Positions 36,066-41,381 of a stretch of 41,381 nt of DNA are shown piece by piece. A program made the translations under genes and the position numbers. Every line of letters starts with the position of its first letter. Position 1 is the stretch's first letter. The stretch is from Gammaproteobacteria bacterium (lineage in GTDB: Bacteria > Patescibacteriota > Microgenomatia > UBA1406 > GWC2-37-13), in contig JBEIIR010000001.1 of NCBI GenBank assembly GCA_040380695.1, positions 1 to 41,381 of the forward strand, written 5' to 3'. The notes beneath the pieces were generated by a model. That model was not told the origin of the DNA. It did no database searches and saw nothing but the letters and a program-made list of their open reading frames with translations.

Positions 36066-37805
36066 TTACATTTTTTTAATTGCCTCAATACCTAAAATAT
36101 TCAGGCCGGCTTCTAAAACTTTTGCAGTTTTTTCAGTGATAAGCAATCTTATCTTCTGATTATTACTATCTTTTTCATTTATGACCGGAAATGCCTGATA
36201 AATTTGATTGTACTTTTTTGCTAAGGAAAAAAGATAGCTGCAGATATTGTGAATCTCCATATTGTTAGTTGACTCTAAAACAATCTCCTCAAATTTAGAT
36301 AGCATATTTAGTATAGATAGAATCTGAGGGTTATCTAAGTCTGTCGTATCGGTAAGTTTACTACTTATGATAGTTGAAGATAGATGATCTTCTTTTGATC
36401 TTGTTATGATTGATGAGGCACGAGCATATGTGTACTGAATATAAGGACCAGAGTTGCCATTCATCGATAAAATTTCTTCCCAATCAAACACTATATCTAG
36501 ATGGGGGCTTCTTTTGAGGTCGTTCCACTTTAGGGCACCAATACCAACAGAGGATGAAATTTTTTTTATCGTCTTACTATCAAGAGTATTGTTTTCAGTT
36601 AGTGTTTGAGCACGTTTTTCTGCCTCAAAAAGCACATCTTTAAGCCATATTGAGTTACCTTTTCTGGTGGACATTTTTGAATCTTTAAAGCGATAAAGAC
36701 CGTGACCGATATGAAATCTTTGAGTTTCACTTATCCAGCCGAGCATCTTTTCTACTTCAAAGAGTTGCTTGAAATATAAACTCTGCTCTTTGCCAACTTC
36801 ATTTATTATAATCACGTCTTGACCATATCTTTTGTGAGTTAATCTAAATTTATCTGCTGCTAAGTCGCGCGTTGCGTAAAGAGATGTGCCATCCTGTTTT
36901 AATATCATCAAAGGTGGAAATTTATCTTTCTTAAAAAATACCAGTTCCGCCCCTTGACTTTTTTTTAATAGATTTTTCTCTCTTAGCTCCTTGACGATAT
37001 CTTTCATTTTGTCTTCAAAAAAAGACTCGCCAAAGCCCCGACCATCATTTTCAGTAAATTTTATTCCCAACTTCTTGTAAATGTTATCAAATTCTTTATA
37101 CGACCAAAAAATGCATTTCTGCCAAATACTTTTTGCTTCGATGTCACCCTCTTCTAATTTTTTGAACCAGTTTTTTGCCTCATCTTTTATAGAAGGATTT
37201 ATCTCTTCTTCATCATGAAACTTTACATATAATGCAACAAGGTACTTTATAGGGTCTTCATTTGTCTCAATTTTTTCAATACTACTGAAATTTTTTATGG
37301 CGTAGAGTAATTTGCCAAATTGAGTTCCCCAGTCACCAAGATGGTTGTCTCTAAATACCTTTGAGCCAGTCATCTCTAGAAGATTGGCGTACGCGTCGCC
37401 GATGATTGTAGAGCGAAGGTGGCCAACTGTAAAAGGTTTTGCGATATTGGGAGAAGAGTACTCTATTATGATATTTTTTCCTGAATATTTAGTCTTTATA
37501 GATAGCAGATCTATCTCTTTTTCAGCTTTTTCTACAACGTATTTTTTAGCTAGAAAAAAATTTACAAATCCAGGCTTTACTACTTCGACCCTATCAATAT
37601 AATCTACTTTTTTTAAATTTTGACTTATTTTATTAGCTATCACCATTGCTGGCTTTTGCAATTTTTTTGAGAGAGATAATGCTATAGGGGTAGAATAGTC
37701 GCCATAAATATCCTCATTAGGTATAGATATTTGCGCAGGAGTAGCGTCAATTCCTTGCGAAGATAAGGCATCTTGTAATAAATTTTTAATTTTTTCTTTA
37801 AGCAT
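36066..37805 (-). CDS. argS: arginine--tRNA ligase
   Basis: EYSSPNIAKPFTVGHLRS (HIGH region), MSTRKG (KMSK region), and a DALR-type C-terminal domain ending in M. Confidence 0.95.
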   Translation of the reverse strand: MLKEKIKNLLQDALSSQGIDATPAQISIPNEDIYGDYSTPIALSLSKKLQKPAMVIANKISQNLKKVDYIDRVEVVKPGFVNFFLAKKYVVEKAEKEIDLLSIKTKYSGKNIIIEYSSPNIAKPFTVGHLRSTIIGDAYANLLEMTGSKVFRDNHLGDWGTQFGKLLYAIKNFSSIEKIETNEDPIKYLVALYVKFHDEEEINPSIKDEAKNWFKKLEEGDIEAKSIWQKCIFWSYKEFDNIYKKLGIKFTENDGRGFGESFFEDKMKDIVKELREKNLLKKSQGAELVFFKKDKFPPLMILKQDGTSLYATRDLAADKFRLTHKRYGQDVIIINEVGKEQSLYFKQLFEVEKMLGWISETQRFHIGHGLYRFKDSKMSTRKGNSIWLKDVLFEAEKRAQTLTENNTLDSKTIKKISSSVGIGALKWNDLKRSPHLDIVFDWEEILSMNGNSGPYIQYTYARASSIITRSKEDHLSSTIISSKLTDTTDLDNPQILSILNMLSKFEEIVLESTNNMEIHNICSYLFSLAKKYNQIYQAFPVINEKDSNNQKIRLLITEKTAKVLEAGLNILGIEAIKKM

Positions 37806-37811
37806 AAGCCT

Positions 37812-37820
37812 ATAATAACA
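37812..37820 (-). promoter_or_regulatory. extended -10 box TGTTATTAT, 6 nt upstream of the argS ATG (leaderless candidate)
   Basis: The minus strand reads TGTTATTAT-aggctt-ATG. Confidence 0.45.
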
Positions 37821-37910
37821 TAATTTCTTGATTATTATGCATCTATTTATTTTAAAAGAATTTAAAAAGATTTTTTAGATATACTGCAGTAAAATTAGCT
37901 ATATATTAGT

Positions 37911-38798
37911 ATGAAAAAAAAGTTTTTCTATGTAATAACCATTATATTTTTATTTACAATAGGCATTGTTTTTAAAAGTCTAGTTATTGATAGGCCTGAG
38001 GATATAGGTCGCATAAGAGTTATATCTTCACCAACCGCAGGAGTTTTCATAAATGATCTCCCGCTTGGTAATACTCCCGTAGAGACTAAATATAAGCCCG
38101 GCGAGTATAGGTTAAAATTGATTCCAGAGGGAGGTTCTGAAAAAGCAGTTTCGTGGGAAGGTAAAATTCAGATTTTGCCACATGCCTTAACATATGTTAT
38201 ACGCGACTTAGGAGAAAGTGAAGTTACCTCGGGCGGCGAGATTTTAACGGTTGTCAAGATTGATGGTTTAAAAGCTGGTCCCTATGGGGCTATAAAAGCA
38301 AAATCAACTCCAGAAGGAGCAATAATATCTCTAGATTCAGATGAGAAAGGTGCAACACCGATAGACTTGTTAGATATACCCGCTGGAGAGTACGAGCTAT
38401 CTATAGCTATGCCAGGTTTTATAAAGAGAACACAGAAAATTTTGATTACACCAAATCATGCTGTGAATGTCGATTTTAAATTAGCTCTTGATCCTAAATA
38501 CAAAACGCTTAATCAGTTAATTGAGGAAGAGAGTAAACAAGCATCGCTTGAGGCACAATTAAGCGTTTCGCCTAGTCCCATCAACAATATCTCATCAGAT
38601 AAAAAGTTGGTTATTAAAAAAACAGAGTCAGGATTTTTAAATGTTAGAGAAGAACCAAGCATAGCTTCTAGGCAGATAAATCAAGTTATGCCAGGGGAGA
38701 TGTACTCTTACAAAGAAGTTAAAAATAATTGGTATCTGATTGAACTATCAAATGACAGTAAAGGATGGGTTCTAGGTGATTATGTAGAGCTAAAGTAG
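37911..38798 (+). CDS. PEGA-domain protein with a C-terminal SH3b domain
   Basis: N-terminal TM segment, two PEGA-like repeats (IRVISSPTAGVFINDLPLGNTP; IKAKSTPEGAIISLDSDEKGATP), and C-terminal LNVREEPS...WYLIEL...GWVLGDYV (SH3_3-like). Confidence 0.7.
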   Translation: MKKKFFYVITIIFLFTIGIVFKSLVIDRPEDIGRIRVISSPTAGVFINDLPLGNTPVETKYKPGEYRLKLIPEGGSEKAVSWEGKIQILPHALTYVIRDLGESEVTSGGEILTVVKIDGLKAGPYGAIKAKSTPEGAIISLDSDEKGATPIDLLDIPAGEYELSIAMPGFIKRTQKILITPNHAVNVDFKLALDPKYKTLNQLIEEESKQASLEAQLSVSPSPINNISSDKKLVIKKTESGFLNVREEPSIASRQINQVMPGEMYSYKEVKNNWYLIELSNDSKGWVLGDYVELK

Positions 38799-38799
38799 T

Positions 38800-39927
38800 T
38801 TATCTCCAAACAAATCTGTTATAAAAAAAGTAAGAATATGGTATTACAATTATTAATATTATAAAAATTTTGTAAATGATCCAGGAATGAAATTCGATAG
38901 TTCCAATATTCATGATGATATCTCCAAATAAAGATAGAGCCACCCACATCCCGACACCCTGGATAATAACTGATCCTGAAGAAACCGCATTAAATTTTAA
39001 AAGACTTAAAAATAGATTTACTGACTTATTAATTCGCTTATGTGAAAAACTCCAATAATTGTTTAATAAAAAGTTAGAGATAATTGCTATTTCTGCGCTT
39101 AACATATTTGAGATAACTTTTGGAAAGTGAATATAGTGTATAAGCGTATATGCTAATCCAAAGTCGATTACAAATCCAAAACCCCCTACAATGCAAAATT
39201 TTATAAATGAGGAGTTGCGAATAACGTAAACTATTGTTTGATAAATATATTCAAAAGAATCTATTTTAGATACACCTTCTACTCTATCAATAAAATTTAC
39301 AGGAACTTCGCTTATTTTTGCCTTAGCTTTTAAAGCATTGTCAATGAACGCTACTTGAAAAACATAACCAGTGTAACCTTCTAATTTTTGTAGATTTTTC
39401 TTTATAAGCCATGGTTTTATAGCCCTGTATCCATTTGTCCACTCAGTTATTCTTGGTTTCATAAATCCAACTCTGACAAAAATGTTGGCAACAATTGAGA
39501 ATAATTTTCTTTTAAAGGCCCAGTTTTTAGGAATTGAACCACCCTTTATATATCTTGATCCAATAACAAAGTCAGCTCCATTTTGAATTTTTTCAATAAA
39601 TTTTGGAATATCCGCTGGATTATGAGAAAGATCTGAATCCATCTCAAAAATCAAATCAGGATTGAGATTAGACAATGAATAAGCGAATCCTCTTATGTAT
39701 GCTTTTCCAAGACCCTCTTTTTCTGTTTCAAGCAAATGTAGATTGGGATAATTTTTTTGTAATTTTTTAACTACATCAGCCGTTTTATCAGGAGAGTTAC
39801 TATCTACAACAACAATGGAAAACTCCCAGTTGTCAATTTTTTTATCTACTTCAAAAATATCTTTTATTAGGGTGGAGATATTTTTTTGTTCATTGTATGT
39901 AGGTAGTACAATTATTGCCTTTTGCAT
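38800..39927 (-). CDS. GT2 polyprenyl-phosphate glycosyltransferase (DPM1/ArnC-like) fused to a GtrA-like membrane domain
   Basis: VLPTYNE, VVVDSNSPD, EMDSDLSH (DxD-type), then a four-TM C-terminal region (FCIVGGFGFVIDF...NNYWSF) typical of GtrA. Confidence 0.85.
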   Translation of the reverse strand: MQKAIIVLPTYNEQKNISTLIKDIFEVDKKIDNWEFSIVVVDSNSPDKTADVVKKLQKNYPNLHLLETEKEGLGKAYIRGFAYSLSNLNPDLIFEMDSDLSHNPADIPKFIEKIQNGADFVIGSRYIKGGSIPKNWAFKRKLFSIVANIFVRVGFMKPRITEWTNGYRAIKPWLIKKNLQKLEGYTGYVFQVAFIDNALKAKAKISEVPVNFIDRVEGVSKIDSFEYIYQTIVYVIRNSSFIKFCIVGGFGFVIDFGLAYTLIHYIHFPKVISNMLSAEIAIISNFLLNNYWSFSHKRINKSVNLFLSLLKFNAVSSGSVIIQGVGMWVALSLFGDIIMNIGTIEFHSWIIYKIFIILIIVIPYSYFFYNRFVWR

Positions 39928-39936
39928 ATTTTGCCT

Positions 39937-40878
39937 TTAAACAATTTTGGATCTAAAATAATCAATAGTTTTATTCAGTCCATCTTCAAGAGAAACTTTT
40001 GGCTCCCATTTTAAGAGATTGACAGCTTTTGTTATATCTGGTCTTCTTTTTTTAGGATCATCGGCTCCAATTTCTTTAAAAATGATTTCAGAATTTGATA
40101 GTACCATTTTTTTTATGATGGTAGCAAGTTCAAAAACTGTTTTTTCGGTAGGATTGCCAAGATTTATAATCTCTCCCGACAAGCCATCTGTTTCTTGAAG
40201 TAGAGATAGTCCTTCTACAAGGTCAGATACATAGCAGAAAGATCTTGTTTGCTTGCCGTTGCCATAGATCGTGATGTCTTTATTTTGCAAAGCTTGTGTT
40301 ATAAAATTGGAGACTACTCGACCATCATTAAGCTCCATATTGGGACCGTAAGTGTTAAAAATTCTTGCAATCCTGATATCTGCTTTGTATTTCATAAAAT
40401 AGGTCATTCCCATAGCCTCAGAAAATCTTTTTGATTCATCGTAGCAAGACCTTTCACCTGCAGGATTAACATTTCCAAAATAAGTTTCTACTTGAGGGTG
40501 TTCCAGTGGATCGCCATAAACCTCTGAAGTTGATGCAATGACTACCCTTTTAATCTTATTTTGTTTTAATGCCTCCATTAAGTGAAAAGTTCCTTGTGAG
40601 TTTGCAAGCATTGTCTCTATGGGGTATTTTTTATATTGAACTGGTGAGGCAGGAGAAGCTAATGAATAGGCATAATCTATATCCGAAAGATCCATAAAAT
40701 CATACTTAGACACATCTCTGTTAATTATTTTTAAATTTTGGGAAGCTAAATGTCCAAGGTTATCTTGGTTGCCGGTTAAAAAATTGTCAACAACTAAAAC
40801 CTCATCTCCTTTACTGAGGTGAAATTTTGATAGGTGAGATCCGATAAAACCTGCACCCCCTGTGATTAAAATTTTCAT
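39937..40878 (-). CDS. UDP-glucuronate decarboxylase (UDP-xylose synthase)-like SDR
   Basis: ILITGGAGFIGSHL, YDESKR (YxxxK), and RIARIFNTYGP...DGRVVSNF...GKQTRSFCYVSDLV, a characteristic UXS block. Confidence 0.85.
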   Translation of the reverse strand: MKILITGGAGFIGSHLSKFHLSKGDEVLVVDNFLTGNQDNLGHLASQNLKIINRDVSKYDFMDLSDIDYAYSLASPASPVQYKKYPIETMLANSQGTFHLMEALKQNKIKRVVIASTSEVYGDPLEHPQVETYFGNVNPAGERSCYDESKRFSEAMGMTYFMKYKADIRIARIFNTYGPNMELNDGRVVSNFITQALQNKDITIYGNGKQTRSFCYVSDLVEGLSLLQETDGLSGEIINLGNPTEKTVFELATIIKKMVLSNSEIIFKEIGADDPKKRRPDITKAVNLLKWEPKVSLEDGLNKTIDYFRSKIV

Positions 40879-40881
40879 TTT

Positions 40882-41381
40882 TTAGATATTGATTTTCGGC
40901 CGACCAACAGAAATATAAGTAATTTGGTTAATTTTCATATGTTCTGGTTGATAAATATTTCTGCCATCGATTATTAGTGGAGTTTTTAAGAGAGACTTCA
41001 CCTTTAAAAGATCTGCCTGTTTGAATTCATTCCATTCGGTAAAAACAATAAGAGCGTCTTTATCTCTGGCAACGTCGTACATATCAGAAGCATAGCGTAT
41101 TTTATCTCCAAGTATTTTTTTGACATTATCAGTTGCTGCTGGATCGAAGGCTTCAATTTGATATCCCATTGAGATAAGGTCAGTGATGATGTAGATAGCT
41201 GGTGAAAATCTTATGTCATCAGTGTTTGGCTTAAAGGCAAGACCCCAGACACCTAGATTTTTACCTTTTGTATGTAATTTTATTTTATCTAGAAAATTAT
41301 TTCTGACGGTAGTGTTAATTTTCTCAACAGCATCAAGTAATGAAGTGTCTATCCCATATTTTTTCCCAGTCTCATTTAGTG
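40882..41381 (-). CDS. ugd: UDP-glucose 6-dehydrogenase, C-terminal part (5' end beyond the window)
   Basis: The track ORF starts at an internal Met. Hand translation upstream stays open to the window edge and reads ...GKNLGVWGLAFKPNTDDIRFSPAIYIITDLISMGYQIEAFDP. Confidence 0.85.
   Translation of the reverse strand, partial: LNETGKKYGIDTSLLDAVEKINTTVRNNFLDKIKLHTKGKNLGVWGLAFKPNTDDIRFSPAIYIITDLISMGYQIEAFDPAATDNVKKILGDKIRYASDMYDVARDKDALIVFTEWNEFKQADLLKVKSLLKTPLIIDGRNIYQPEHMKINQITYISVGRPKINI

Noticed and set aside
1-41381. Alternative genetic code (UGA recoding, as in some candidate phyla).
   Set aside because: Conserved proteins (GroEL, DnaK, SecD, ArgRS, RecJ and others) are full length with standard stops, including TGA (for example the dac-like gene). 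No in-frame stops interrupt recognisable domains.

Overview
AT-rich, densely packed bacterial chromosome segment read with the standard genetic code. I call about 40 CDS and one tRNA, and I see no rRNA, CRISPR array, transposase or integrase. The gene content suggests a reduced Patescibacteria/CPR (Microgenomates-like) genome, which is inference only: DUF4012, PEGA/SH3b and LytR_C proteins, a core-only IF2, a GAD-less AspRS, and almost no Shine-Dalgarno sequences. Most of the window is housekeeping. This covers chaperones (groES-groEL, hrcA-grpE-dnaK-dnaJ, a Lon AAA+ module without protease), translation (aspS, argS, L25/Ctc, epmA-efp, nusA-infB, cca, tRNA-Tyr), secDF, DNA repair (radA, rmuC-recJ, nfo) and envelope genes (PBP5-like DD-carboxypeptidase, DUF3048, RodZ-like, ugd-uxs-GT2/GtrA). 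The clearest accessory module is a minus-strand cluster (3223-5629) of two TasA/camelysin-like secreted proteins, each followed by its own SipW-type signal peptidase; I read it as a candidate surface-fibre locus. Non-coding signals worth a second look: (1) a perfect 21-unit heptanucleotide array (8345-8491) that fills the aspS-dac spacer and supplies the predicted dac promoter; (2) two copies of a GC-rich 13-nt palindrome bracketing about 240 bp of non-coding DNA beside tRNA-Tyr, with a promoter-to-hairpin candidate ncRNA between them; (3) recurring TGnTAtaAT extended -10 boxes 5-8 nt upstream of ATG codons, implying widespread leaderless mRNAs. Several enzymes appear to have lost catalytic motifs (LigT-like, DHH/NrnA-like). 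All homology statements rest on by-eye motif recognition and alignments to reference sequences recalled from memory. No database searches or folding calculations were run.
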